From a virus: DNA of 64,000 nt. Shown in pieces: positions 45,930 through 55,642 of the stretch. A program made the position numbers and the translations under genes. The notes beneath the pieces are model-generated. The model saw only the letters and a list, made by a program, of their open reading frames with translations, ran no database searches and had not been told where the DNA came from. Location: IMG/VR virus record IMGVR_UViG_3300043466_002666. One strand, 5' to 3'. The stretch's first letter is position 1; every line of letters begins with the position of its first letter.

Positions 45930-47236
45930 TAAAACGTTGCTCCGCTAGGGACATTAGTTTGTTTAATTTCATTGCCACCAAATGAATCTCTTGTTAATGT
46001 AGCAATAGTTCTAAGTTCAGTTCTATTTAGGATGGTATGCTTAACTGAATGAACTATATATCTTCCACTAATTCTAGTATCTTCTTTAATTCTACCATCT
46101 TTACCTTTTTTGGGAGATGGTATCGAAATATTGATTACATATCCTGGCTGCAATTTTAAATCTCCTGGAATTGCTATTTCTAGTTTGTTATATTCTAAAA
46201 AGTAATATCTATAAATTGACTTTTCGTAATTTTTATTTACTTCATCTACATGATTTAATTTTTCGATTTCATCATTCGATAAATCTTTCCAGCCAAATGT
46301 AGATATTGTTGTTGGTCTATAGATTAATCTAGAGGGCTTTAATAATAATTCATTATCTTGAAATGGAGTCATCTTATTTAAATGACTCATATCTTTCCAG
46401 TATGTAGATGCATTTGTATTCCAATTTTGAAAATTTCTATTATTGATATCTACATATAAAGCATTATGTGCGAATGCACCATTACGAAGATCATCCAGAA
46501 TATCAAATGCTTTTGGAGAGGAGTAATTTAGTATTCTATAGTTGTTTAATTCTGTTTTCGATACTTTAGTATTTCCCTGAATAAAAGTATATTTTGTTCT
46601 TTTATTTGGATATGCATCTGCGTCAAATAGTACATCTAGTGATTTGTAATTATATCCATCAACCGTCTCATAGAAAAGATATCCCACGGAGGATTTATTT
46701 TTTACAGGTACACTTCTTCTTGACATCCAAATTGCAGCATCAAACAATCTCCAATTTGGGACATACATATCAAACGGATATAACGTTTCGTCTACATTTT
46801 TAAATTGTTTATCAGAAATTGATTTAATTTTTTCTTTCAAAAATACTTCTGCTTTTTTTCCATCAACTCTTTCACGAATTCTGGTGTATTCATTATCCAA
46901 AACTTCTTTGCTGACTGCATGAATTACATATGCCTGATTTTTTTCTTGCATCACTCGACCATCAATCTTGTGAATATAGAAATTTAAGGTGTAATTTGCA
47001 GCTAGTGTTGATAATACAAGTTGAATTTGCTCTCTTCCAATCAAAGGTAAAGTTTCAATTAAATTTTCCCCGATATCATTTATAACTAATTGACAGTATA
47101 TACTCGACGAAATAATACTTTGATAGAAAGTAACTTCATGCACTAACTCTTTAATGTCAAGTTTACTTTGATTGGCATTTAGTGGGTATAGAAATACAGA
47201 TTTTAGAGAAAAATCTCCAGTAAATTCTTGATTCAT
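45929..47236 (-). CDS. baseplate hub protein (gp27-like)
   Basis: 435 aa directly upstream of cp12/gp5; LPLIGRE, YLFYETVDGYNYKSLD, IPGD..L.PG, SGRYIVHSVKH hub motifs. Confidence 0.7.
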   Translation of the reverse strand: MNQEFTGDFSLKSVFLYPLNANQSKLDIKELVHEVTFYQSIISSSIYCQLVINDIGENLIETLPLIGREQIQLVLSTLAANYTLNFYIHKIDGRVMQEKNQAYVIHAVSKEVLDNEYTRIRERVDGKKAEVFLKEKIKSISDKQFKNVDETLYPFDMYVPNWRLFDAAIWMSRRSVPVKNKSSVGYLFYETVDGYNYKSLDVLFDADAYPNKRTKYTFIQGNTKVSKTELNNYRILNYSSPKAFDILDDLRNGAFAHNALYVDINNRNFQNWNTNASTYWKDMSHLNKMTPFQDNELLLKPSRLIYRPTTISTFGWKDLSNDEIEKLNHVDEVNKNYEKSIYRYYFLEYNKLEIAIPGDLKLQPGYVINISIPSPKKGKDGRIKEDTRISGRYIVHSVKHTILNRTELRTIATLTRDSFGGNEIKQTNVPSGATF

Positions 47237-50190
47237 TAGAGTCTTGTCTTGAGGTTAAATGCTAGTGAACTATCTATTGAAGAATATGATCCTGCAGAAT
47301 AGTCTGGAAATTCCACTGGAGTTATCAGGTTGGTGTTTGTTATTGTATTGGTTCCGCTCATCATAATGTATGTATCTGAATATGCAGTAACATCTTTAGC
47401 TGCTTGAAGATATTGCATACTGTCCTTTTCCATTTGTGCTCCATTAAATTTAGCTGGAGCATTTAACATTTGATATAATTTTCCAAGACTTTCTGATACT
47501 TTAATAGGATCAAATGCTGGTTGTTGATCTTGAGTAGATTCTTCAGCAGGAGCCACCCTATCAGCTTCAACTGTTGGTGTTTGAGCTGCTGGAGATGTTG
47601 CTTGACCAGGAGTTCCACCTTTTCTCAGTAATGAAAACAATCCTTGAGTTAATGGATCAACCTTACCATTTAAAGTTTCTGCTAAATCTTTTTTTGTAGT
47701 GTGTTGTTCTAGGTGTAAATGTGCTCCACCAGATCTTCCTGCACCAGGAGTTTTTGGCACACCTCCACTCATTGCAATTACAGAATTAGGATTAAAATTT
47801 TGACCCTCTTTTACCCAAGAAGGAATAGAACTTAAATGTGCAAGTCTAGCAATCTTTCCATCAGTTAATTTAACATCCATATATTGACCATAGCCACCAT
47901 TAGCTTCTTTTTCTACACTAGAAGTTCTACTAATTTTCATAAACTGTCCACCCAGCGTAAATGATAATGGAGTTCCAGACCCAAATGCAATATCTATTCC
48001 TTCATGTGCATGTTTTCGGAATGATTCTTTCTTGCCAAATTTACTAGTAATATCTCCTCTAGACACCAATCCACCAGTTTGCATTTTTGCAACACCAGCA
48101 GTGTTGAAAGTATGTCTCTTATAATTTGTTTCGTTTACTTGTTGAGAAGTATCTATACCTGCACCCGCAGAATAATTTCTAAATCCAGTTGCATTGATCA
48201 AATACTTAATAGTATTTCCACTTAGACCTTCAGCTTCTAATGCAGATTTCAATTTAGATTTATCCATGCCCATTGCTAGGGCTTTTTCTGCAAGATCTAA
48301 AGATCCTTTACCCCATTGCTTATTAATATTACCATTACTAACTGGAGTGTATTGTCCTGGGCCATATATAATTCCACGAATACTTTTATCATTTGCACCA
48401 TAGAATCCTGCTGATTTGCCAGAATCTAATATTCTCTTTCTATTGAGTACAGAATTTACAACTAGTGCCATACCAACAACACCTTCACCAGCAGCTTCTG
48501 CAAGTGCAAGTTGTTTTAGTAAAGTTCTATCATCAGCAGAAGATAAATCTACTTCACCAGTAAGGTCACCAATATCTTCAGCAGGATCTCCTGGTCTTCT
48601 TTTATTTTTAGATTTTTTAGTAAAATCTAGATTAATAATATTGTTTAAAATGTCTGCAAGTATTTCACGAATACTATTGCCAGAATTATATCTTGCTTTC
48701 TTGGATTCTTCTGATGATTCTTTCTTTGCAATGATATTTAAAGTTTTATTTAAACCAAGTACCTTTTCAAGTTCTGAATTAGATGATTGTTTCTTTTGAT
48801 CAATATTAAACCCACCTGTTGTTCCACCAATATCAGATGTAAATACATAATTACTTGACCCAAATTCTCTTCGATAAGGTGATAATAAACTAGATGCATA
48901 TGGACGAATTGTTAATCCAATAGGTCCTAGAGAAGATATGACAGCATCAATTCCACCAATCATTGAGGATGCAACTACTCCCATAGGAGCATTTAATATA
49001 GTCCCATCGTAAATTCTAGGCAGAGGAATAACTGCTTCTGGTCCTGCTTCACCAATAAGTGCTCTAGTTGGTTTTGTTACAATACCACCCACTGCAAGAG
49101 CAGGTTCTTTTGGTGCAGAAAATCCTTTAAAGAATCCATATAATTTATCTCCAACCCAATCACCAAGTAATCCACCAACAACAGCACCAAACGTAGCACC
49201 AGCAGCAGTACCAGCAAATGGAATGATACTTCCCAATGCTCCCATGACAATACCACCAAGCCATGCACCAATGCTAGATCCAATCAGCTTTACTGCAGCT
49301 TTATCTAATGGATCTCCAAAAATTAAGTTGAGTCCAAATCCAATAACAGGACCAATCAATGGAATTTTACTTAATGGTTTTGCTGCAGTTTTTATTGTAT
49401 TTTTTACAAATTCTTTTGCTGAAGCAAATCCAATTTTAGATGCTACTTTTACTAAAAACTTTAATGCGTTCTTTCCAAATACTTTAAGTATAACTCGTTT
49501 AATTCCAGCAGTTAATCCTTTGGAGTATGCAATATAGAGATTAGGATTTAATAATTTAAATATTCCTTCAATAGCTTCTTTGAATTTACCAGATCCTATA
49601 TTTGTAAATACCTTACCAATATTCTTACCATTCTTTAGAATCCATACAATGTCTTTTAATATCTGACCTGGGAATAATAACCTCTTGATGATAAAAAATC
49701 CACCAATAGCTTTAAATACACCAAAGAATCTTTCTAAAAAACTACCTCCAAATAAAACACTATGCAATCCACCAAGAACACCTTCGACACCAACTCCAGC
49801 AATAAAGTCAATCATCTTGAATATATTTTTCATTGCCTTAGCAATTTCACCAAGAGACTTTACATTCTCTGGCTGAGACATCCATTGAAGAATTTTATAC
49901 CCTGCAAAAAATTTGAACAAGTCATATAATTTCACTGACTGTTCTTTTATTTTACCTCGTACAGCACCCGAAACTGTATTAGACTTTTTTAATTCTTGAC
50001 TTCTTTCTCTTTCTGATATTGCAGATCTATCAATTGATTCTTTTTGAATTTTGAAAAATTTTTTCTCTAAGTCAAAATTTTTCTTTTTCTGTAATACTAA
50101 ATTTTTGGCAACACCATGTACCGTCTTCAACTCTTTGAGACGAGTATTACCTATAATGGAAGCTGGTCTAACTGGTGTTAAATTTTCCAT
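47236..50190 (-). CDS. tape-measure/gp29-like tail protein with SleB-like hydrolase and M23 peptidase domains
   Basis: helical/hydrophobic N-half; GGIVTKPT...GEAGPEA; LAEAAGEG..GM.LV..SVLNR (Hydrolase_2-like); HEGID...GYGQY...AHL...GAHLHLE (M23). Confidence 0.75.
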   Translation of the reverse strand: MENLTPVRPASIIGNTRLKELKTVHGVAKNLVLQKKKNFDLEKKFFKIQKESIDRSAISERERSQELKKSNTVSGAVRGKIKEQSVKLYDLFKFFAGYKILQWMSQPENVKSLGEIAKAMKNIFKMIDFIAGVGVEGVLGGLHSVLFGGSFLERFFGVFKAIGGFFIIKRLLFPGQILKDIVWILKNGKNIGKVFTNIGSGKFKEAIEGIFKLLNPNLYIAYSKGLTAGIKRVILKVFGKNALKFLVKVASKIGFASAKEFVKNTIKTAAKPLSKIPLIGPVIGFGLNLIFGDPLDKAAVKLIGSSIGAWLGGIVMGALGSIIPFAGTAAGATFGAVVGGLLGDWVGDKLYGFFKGFSAPKEPALAVGGIVTKPTRALIGEAGPEAVIPLPRIYDGTILNAPMGVVASSMIGGIDAVISSLGPIGLTIRPYASSLLSPYRREFGSSNYVFTSDIGGTTGGFNIDQKKQSSNSELEKVLGLNKTLNIIAKKESSEESKKARYNSGNSIREILADILNNIINLDFTKKSKNKRRPGDPAEDIGDLTGEVDLSSADDRTLLKQLALAEAAGEGVVGMALVVNSVLNRKRILDSGKSAGFYGANDKSIRGIIYGPGQYTPVSNGNINKQWGKGSLDLAEKALAMGMDKSKLKSALEAEGLSGNTIKYLINATGFRNYSAGAGIDTSQQVNETNYKRHTFNTAGVAKMQTGGLVSRGDITSKFGKKESFRKHAHEGIDIAFGSGTPLSFTLGGQFMKISRTSSVEKEANGGYGQYMDVKLTDGKIARLAHLSSIPSWVKEGQNFNPNSVIAMSGGVPKTPGAGRSGGAHLHLEQHTTKKDLAETLNGKVDPLTQGLFSLLRKGGTPGQATSPAAQTPTVEADRVAPAEESTQDQQPAFDPIKVSESLGKLYQMLNAPAKFNGAQMEKDSMQYLQAAKDVTAYSDTYIMMSGTNTITNTNLITPVEFPDYSAGSYSSIDSSLAFNLKTRL

Positions 50191-50191
50191 T

Positions 50192-52861
50192 TTATGGTGC
50201 TATCGGATAGTTAATTAATGGATTTGGTGGAGTTGTATTTCCAAGTGCCGCAGTCATTGGCTGTGAAGTTGTTTGTGTAATAGTTTTATTTGGTTGTCCC
50301 AGTGTAATAACATTGCCACCAGTTTTGGATTGGCTTCTAGATTGACTTTGAAGTTGTAAATTTTCTTTTTGAACTCTCTGTAAATTTCCAGATGATTGTG
50401 AAACAGTCTGGGTTATTTTTGGTGGTGTTGCTGGCTTTGGTGTTGAAGTTAATTCTTGATTAGGTGAAGGAGCATTCAACATCTTGAATAATTTCCCAAG
50501 ACTTTCTGCAGCAGATGTTGCCATTTCTGCAGTAAATTCTGATGAAGTATTATTTTGATCTTGATTTGTCGTATCTGTAGCTGCAGTTGAAGATGTTTGC
50601 CCACTTACAGAGGGAGTAGCTTTACCTTTTGTCCATGCAATTGGTTCTACTTTTCCCCCAATTGTTCCATTCCAAGAACTTCCAATCTCCCAATGTAAGT
50701 GTGGACCAGTACTTCTTCCCCCACCATGTTGATGTCCACTAGAAGCAACTTGTTCTCCAGTTTTTATCAAATCTCCTTGTTTCTTGGCATACGAACTGAC
50801 ATGACCAAACAATGAGAATATTCCATTATTACTTTTTAGAACAATATAATTTCCCCATCCACCAGGATTTTTATTAATCTCATGAACTTTCCCATCAAAA
50901 GGAGATAGTAATGGAGTTCCCACAGGCATTGGTAAATCTCTTGCTGTATACCCATGTTCAAGACCTCTACCCATCACAACTCCTTTAGAGTCTTCTGGAA
51001 CTGGTGCCCAACCACCGCCAAGTTTCAGAAACTTTCTAGTTGCCACTGGACCACCACTACCAAATCTAGGATATAATCCATAATTAATTTGATCGAGAAC
51101 CTTTGGTCCTCCCATTCCATTAACTGCATTTTTATTCAACACATATTCGTTTGGTTCTAATAGTGCAGGAATCTTATCTCCGACTCCTTGGCCGGGAACC
51201 GCACCAGAGGTAGAAGATCGGTCAAATATTGGAGAGATGGAAGGGGCAGCAGATGGAGCCGCTGGAGCTGCTGGTGGAGCTGCTGGAGTGGCTGCTGGTC
51301 CAGGTGGAGTGGTAGCTGAGGGTACAGTGGCAGACTTATTCTGTTTACTTATCAAAGCACCCAATATATTTCCAAGCAATCCTTTGACAGTTGTATCTCT
51401 ACTAGCATTGAAATCTTCACCTTTCTGTTGATTTATATTGATCTCTTGTTTTCCAAATAATTCTGCAACATCTCCCATTCCAGACGTTACCATCTCACCA
51501 ACACCACCAACAAAGCCAGTCATTCCAGACACTAATCCAGGTGGCAATCCAAATCCAGATGCAATATTAGAAATCAAAGGTTTTATAAATTGACCAATTC
51601 CAGGAATTTTTCCTACAGTAGATGAAATTAATGCTAATATTCCAGCTCCAATAATCTTAAAAGGTAACGTCAATAACTTCATGAATTTAGGAATTACCTT
51701 ATTGGTAGTTGCCTTGAATCCATCAATTCCAAATGAACCCAATTTGTCTAATGGAAGGATTGCTTCTGGACCAGCCTCACCGACGATAGCTTCAGTTGGC
51801 TTTGTTACAATTCCACCCTTTGCTAACTTTGGAAGTTCTTCTTGAGACTTACTTCCTGTAAATAATGACTTGATAGATCCACCAATTTTTGCACCGATGT
51901 CAGTAGCAATATCTATTCCTGGGAATAGAGTTTTTAAAATATTTTTGCCAATATTTGATAGAGATTCTTTTGCCTTTTCTCCTAAATCTCCTTGCCCAGT
52001 TTTATCAGATTCTGCAGATGTTTCTGCTGGAGATTCTGCTGGCTTTTTAGTATCTACTGATTGCTCAGCTTGACCTTGAAGTTCTTTTTGTCCACCAAGC
52101 AATCCATTGGTTAAAACAGATTCTAGAAAATTTGGTAATAGATTAGTTAAAAATTTTACTGTCAGTGAAATTGCATTTGGAATGCTTGCAAAGACTGATG
52201 TTACATCCTCTATAGTTTTAAGTAGCCATTCGACTCCACCACCAATCCATCTAAAACTAAAAAACTCTGCAACCTTACCGACAAAATCAAATACCCCATT
52301 GATTACCTTAGAAGTAACCGTAATGGTTTTCATTAATACATCAACACCAAATTCAGTGACTGCACTAATGAATTTAAATATCTTTGTGAATAAAGTTACA
52401 AAGTCCTGAATTTTTTTTGAGTTTGCTGGGTTGGATGCCCACTGAAGAACTTTGTATCCAACAAAAAATTTCAAGAGATTCTTAAAGAATTCTCCAATCA
52501 TAGAAAGGTCAGACTTTGCCTTTTCTACAATAGAATTTGCATTTGATTTTTTTCCACCTCTTCCTCTACCTTCTTCTTGTAATCTTTCTCTTTCTCTAGA
52601 TTTTCTTCTTTGTTCTTCCTTTGCAAAGTTTAAAATTCTATCTCCAAGAAAACTATAATACTTTTTCTCGATGGCAAGTAAAGTTCCAAGGGTTTTTCTA
52701 ATCTGACCTAATTCTTCAATCTCTTTTTTGGCGATAATATTCCCAGACAATCTAATAGGTCTCCCCCCAGTAATAGCTGATGGATTTACTGGGGAAAGTC
52801 TTCTAGATCGGAGAGACTCAGCAAATGATTGCATTGATGTCTGGGTTTGTCTTTCTGCCAT
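50192..52861 (-). CDS. tape-measure/gp29-like tail protein with M23 peptidase domain
   Basis: paralog of 47236..50190; GGIVTKPT...GEAGPEA; DKIPALLEPNEYV; GWGNYIVL...FGHV...STGPHLHWE. Confidence 0.75.
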   Translation of the reverse strand: MAERQTQTSMQSFAESLRSRRLSPVNPSAITGGRPIRLSGNIIAKKEIEELGQIRKTLGTLLAIEKKYYSFLGDRILNFAKEEQRRKSRERERLQEEGRGRGGKKSNANSIVEKAKSDLSMIGEFFKNLLKFFVGYKVLQWASNPANSKKIQDFVTLFTKIFKFISAVTEFGVDVLMKTITVTSKVINGVFDFVGKVAEFFSFRWIGGGVEWLLKTIEDVTSVFASIPNAISLTVKFLTNLLPNFLESVLTNGLLGGQKELQGQAEQSVDTKKPAESPAETSAESDKTGQGDLGEKAKESLSNIGKNILKTLFPGIDIATDIGAKIGGSIKSLFTGSKSQEELPKLAKGGIVTKPTEAIVGEAGPEAILPLDKLGSFGIDGFKATTNKVIPKFMKLLTLPFKIIGAGILALISSTVGKIPGIGQFIKPLISNIASGFGLPPGLVSGMTGFVGGVGEMVTSGMGDVAELFGKQEININQQKGEDFNASRDTTVKGLLGNILGALISKQNKSATVPSATTPPGPAATPAAPPAAPAAPSAAPSISPIFDRSSTSGAVPGQGVGDKIPALLEPNEYVLNKNAVNGMGGPKVLDQINYGLYPRFGSGGPVATRKFLKLGGGWAPVPEDSKGVVMGRGLEHGYTARDLPMPVGTPLLSPFDGKVHEINKNPGGWGNYIVLKSNNGIFSLFGHVSSYAKKQGDLIKTGEQVASSGHQHGGGRSTGPHLHWEIGSSWNGTIGGKVEPIAWTKGKATPSVSGQTSSTAATDTTNQDQNNTSSEFTAEMATSAAESLGKLFKMLNAPSPNQELTSTPKPATPPKITQTVSQSSGNLQRVQKENLQLQSQSRSQSKTGGNVITLGQPNKTITQTTSQPMTAALGNTTPPNPLINYPIAP

Positions 52862-52865
52862 TTAC

Positions 52866-53060
52866 TTACAACGATGTTGTTGTTTTATTTTTGAGATTCT
52901 CTTCTTCAATGTAATCTACCAACATTTGCACATATATTTCTCTTTCCCACGGAAGCATATTTTCAATTTCTGAAAGAGCCCACTTATGATGTTGAAGTAA
53001 TATAAAATTAATTCTGAAGAAATTTTCTAGCGACTCATGTGCTAGGGCTATGCGAAAAAA
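52866..53060 (-). CDS. gp51: gp51-like baseplate hub assembly protein, no own start codon; predicted -1 frameshift extension of gp26
   Basis: 65-codon frame FFRIALAHESLENFFRINFILLQHHKWALSEIENMLPWEREIYVQMLVDYIEEEN...; absent from the ORF track; begins at slippery T TTT TTC. Confidence 0.8.
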   Translation of the reverse strand, partial: FFRIALAHESLENFFRINFILLQHHKWALSEIENMLPWEREIYVQMLVDYIEEENLKNKTTTSL

Positions 53061-53758
53061 GACGCAAGACCCTCCAATACAACATCACTTTCAACATTAG
53101 TTACTGGGTTAGTAACTTTAACCGTATGAGATAGTTTTGGCATAGTCTCAAAGAATTTTTGAATTAACAAAAACTGAGCCGTGTCTAAACTATCTAGAAA
53201 CTCATTGATTTCCTTTTTACTGAAACTCTTTGTTTCATATACATCTTCACCTTCTACAACTTGTTCAATACAAGATGCTGCAATTTCAAATACATCTTCA
53301 GTTTTTGCATTGGCAGTAAAGTTTGTTTTGACAAACATCTCCATGCTAGGATATTTCATTACAACAGAAATAGTATCATTCAATGAAATAATTCTGGAGT
53401 GATCTTCAAATTTTTGAACTTTAATATCTTCAACATTGAGTTCAAGAGGAACTGTAGTTTCTCCATCATCTGGACATGTAATATTTAAATCAATCTGTTC
53501 TCCAACAGACTTTGCACGGATATTGAGAAACAAATACTCAATATCAAATACAGCAAGATCATCAACTTTAATTTTAGATATAATGCAGTTCTTCAGAATA
53601 GTCTTGACTGCATTGATCATTTGATTTTCATCTTCAGATTCCATAGCCATGAGAAGAACTTTCTCTTCTTTTACTAGGAATGGTCTGTATTTAATTAATT
53701 GATCAGTTGATGGTAAACGCAATTCATACGTCGGAGTTACAATTTTTGGTAAAGGCAT
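53048..53758 (-). CDS. gp26: baseplate hub subunit / assembly protein
   Basis: MPLPKI.TPTYEL.LPST...YRPFLVKEEK.LL.A, FDIEYLFLNIRAKSVGE, CPDD, FFETMPKL, LEGLASFF. Confidence 0.92.
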   Translation of the reverse strand: MPLPKIVTPTYELRLPSTDQLIKYRPFLVKEEKVLLMAMESEDENQMINAVKTILKNCIISKIKVDDLAVFDIEYLFLNIRAKSVGEQIDLNITCPDDGETTVPLELNVEDIKVQKFEDHSRIISLNDTISVVMKYPSMEMFVKTNFTANAKTEDVFEIAASCIEQVVEGEDVYETKSFSKKEINEFLDSLDTAQFLLIQKFFETMPKLSHTVKVTNPVTNVESDVVLEGLASFFA

Positions 53759-53788
53759 AGTGAATACTATAATATAATCTAAAATTAT

Positions 53789-54610
53789 TTAGGTGATGTC
53801 CGCCCAAGATGTTGTTATTTTAGTAGAGTTTTCTCCAGTCTGAGATGATGGTACTGCAAGTTCGTATTCAAAAGTAACCTGAACTTTTACTAATTGTGAT
53901 GATCCACTGGATAATGGTATTGCCGATATTGTTGTTGGGAATGCATTTCTCAATCTAACTGAGTATGTTGCAAATGGTTTACCAAACCCAGAAATATACT
54001 TAAGTCCAGAGTCTGGAATAATTTGATCACTGATATAAAAATTAGATTGAGAGTCTAATTGTATAGTTTTTAATCTAGTATTTTTTCTACTACTTCTATG
54101 TCTTTCAAGTTTAATTACAATTATATCACAACAATAATCATCTCTATATCTAGTTCTACCCAAATCAACACTTTGATTCATATTAATGTTTGTGTTTATG
54201 GTATTTCTACCTGATAATGAAACCCCAGTATAAATGTAATTGCCCCAGGAATCAAAAATTCTTCTAATTTCAGAATCTGCATCCAAAATAAATGAAATAG
54301 TAATCTCATTGTTTACAATTCCATATGCATATTTCATCGTAGGAGTATTTGTAATTCTATAATCTCCTGTAGAAATAGAATACCCAGGGATAGAACACTC
54401 ATCTGCATACACTCTCACAAGTCCTTGCATAAAAGATTCATCATTAGTATTTACATCTCCAGTCATGCCAAGGGTAAATAAATTTTTTAATAATTTACTG
54501 CTATTGACAAGTTCAAATTGAATATCATAAAAATTACTTAGAGAAAAACCATATCTCTCTACATATCCTCTAAATTCTTTAAAATTTTTAGGAATCGTAT
54601 TAATACTCAT
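53789..54610 (-). CDS. baseplate-tail tube initiator (gp54/gp19-like fold)
   Basis: SIPG...T....YAYG...ITISF..D....RRIFDSW...YRDDY...LRNAFPTTI...L......KVQVTFEY; position between gp2 and gp26. Confidence 0.65.
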   Translation of the reverse strand: MSINTIPKNFKEFRGYVERYGFSLSNFYDIQFELVNSSKLLKNLFTLGMTGDVNTNDESFMQGLVRVYADECSIPGYSISTGDYRITNTPTMKYAYGIVNNEITISFILDADSEIRRIFDSWGNYIYTGVSLSGRNTINTNINMNQSVDLGRTRYRDDYCCDIIVIKLERHRSSRKNTRLKTIQLDSQSNFYISDQIIPDSGLKYISGFGKPFATYSVRLRNAFPTTISAIPLSSGSSQLVKVQVTFEYELAVPSSQTGENSTKITTSWADIT

Positions 54611-55170
54611 CTACTACTATCTCCCCAAACAAAGGACTTATTAACTCGTTTGTATGATCCTTTCTGCCTACTCACGAAACTTTCCAACGGCAAAAAGATA
54701 GACTTCATCCAATCTTCACTATTTATTTTAAAAAGCGGTGTATCAAGACCTTCATAAACATAATTATGAAAGCACTGTTTTGGAATTGTTGGTCGTCCAT
54801 CTTGAATGCTTTGTAGTACTTTATATCTAGTTGGAAGATTTAGATAGTGTAAATTTGCTCCAAAAAATTTTCTTCCACCTTGTAACATATAAACTAATGG
54901 AAACTCATCATAGTATGGAAGTTTCTTTGCCCATGTTGCACTGTATTCAAACAGATAAAGATTTCCTCCAGATGGAATTAATGTCTCATCTAGAGTTACC
55001 AGTGTTTTATAAATATCATTTCTTCTTGCAACTTCAGCAACTGTATCTTTATACCAGCTATATGATAGAGCATAAAATCCACGTCTTTTTTTATTGGCAA
55101 TCTCATCAACTTGCTGGAATATATTTAACTGAGGTTGATTTTTAGTTCTTGCCGATACTTCTCTTCTCAT
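54607..55170 (-). CDS. gp2: DNA end protector protein
   Basis: GNLYLFEY....KLPYYDEFPLV...GANLHYL...IFLPLESF; adjacent to gp4. Confidence 0.8.
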   Translation of the reverse strand: MRREVSARTKNQPQLNIFQQVDEIANKKRRGFYALSYSWYKDTVAEVARRNDIYKTLVTLDETLIPSGGNLYLFEYSATWAKKLPYYDEFPLVYMLQGGRKFFGANLHYLNLPTRYKVLQSIQDGRPTIPKQCFHNYVYEGLDTPLFKINSEDWMKSIFLPLESFVSRQKGSYKRVNKSFVWGDSSR

Positions 55171-55604
55171 ACCTTTAACTCCGATTCTGTGAGTACTTTA
55201 AATTTCCACATTCTATCTTCACAGAATTGTTTAGCTGCCTCCCATTTGGCTTGATTTTTTACATATTCAGTCACTTCATAGATATAACTTTTGGTTTGTC
55301 TTTGTGGTTTTTTGGGAGGAACAGTTTGTTTGCTGGGTTTTATCTCAATCAAATACTTGACAATAGTACCATCACTCTCTTGAATTTTGGCATAAAAATC
55401 CACAAAATATCTATGGATTCTATTATCTAATGGAGATCTGTATGGAACAACCACTTCTTCTGATGCCCACTCTAATACATTTGGTCTAGTGTCACAATAC
55501 TTCATGAACTTCAATTCCCATGAAGATCTATAAATTATATTTCTATAATCTCCCTTGTATTTTTGAATATTTTTTGGGACAAATTTTCCCTTTAAAGTAT
55601 TCAT
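55167..55604 (-). CDS. gp4: head completion nuclease
   Basis: KYKGD...IIYRSSWE.KFM..CD...WASEE..VPY.SP.D...HRYFVDF...EIKP..QT...NQAKW.AA. Confidence 0.93.
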   Translation of the reverse strand: MNTLKGKFVPKNIQKYKGDYRNIIYRSSWELKFMKYCDTRPNVLEWASEEVVVPYRSPLDNRIHRYFVDFYAKIQESDGTIVKYLIEIKPSKQTVPPKKPQRQTKSYIYEVTEYVKNQAKWEAAKQFCEDRMWKFKVLTESELKV

Positions 55605-55642
55605 AAATACTTTTATAAAAGGCGTATCATAAGATATTTATG
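55602..55642. promoter_or_regulatory. pair of opposed late promoters CATAAATA (+ 55602-55609 for gp48; - 55635-55642 for gp4)
   Basis: each box contains the start codon of the opposite-strand gene. Confidence 0.65.

Noticed and set aside
52862-52895. Possible 1-nt insertion in the A5 run near the gp51 end (removing one A gives ...LKIKQQHRCK* abutting the next ATG)
   Set aside because: Cannot tell an assembly error from a real variant without reads; it affects only the last few residues
98-55430. Numerous + strand ORFs in the track (e.g. 574..1242, 13001..13405, 40157..40519, 48416..48799)
   Set aside because: They lie antisense to well-supported minus-strand genes and lack recognisable motifs; treated as shadow ORFs
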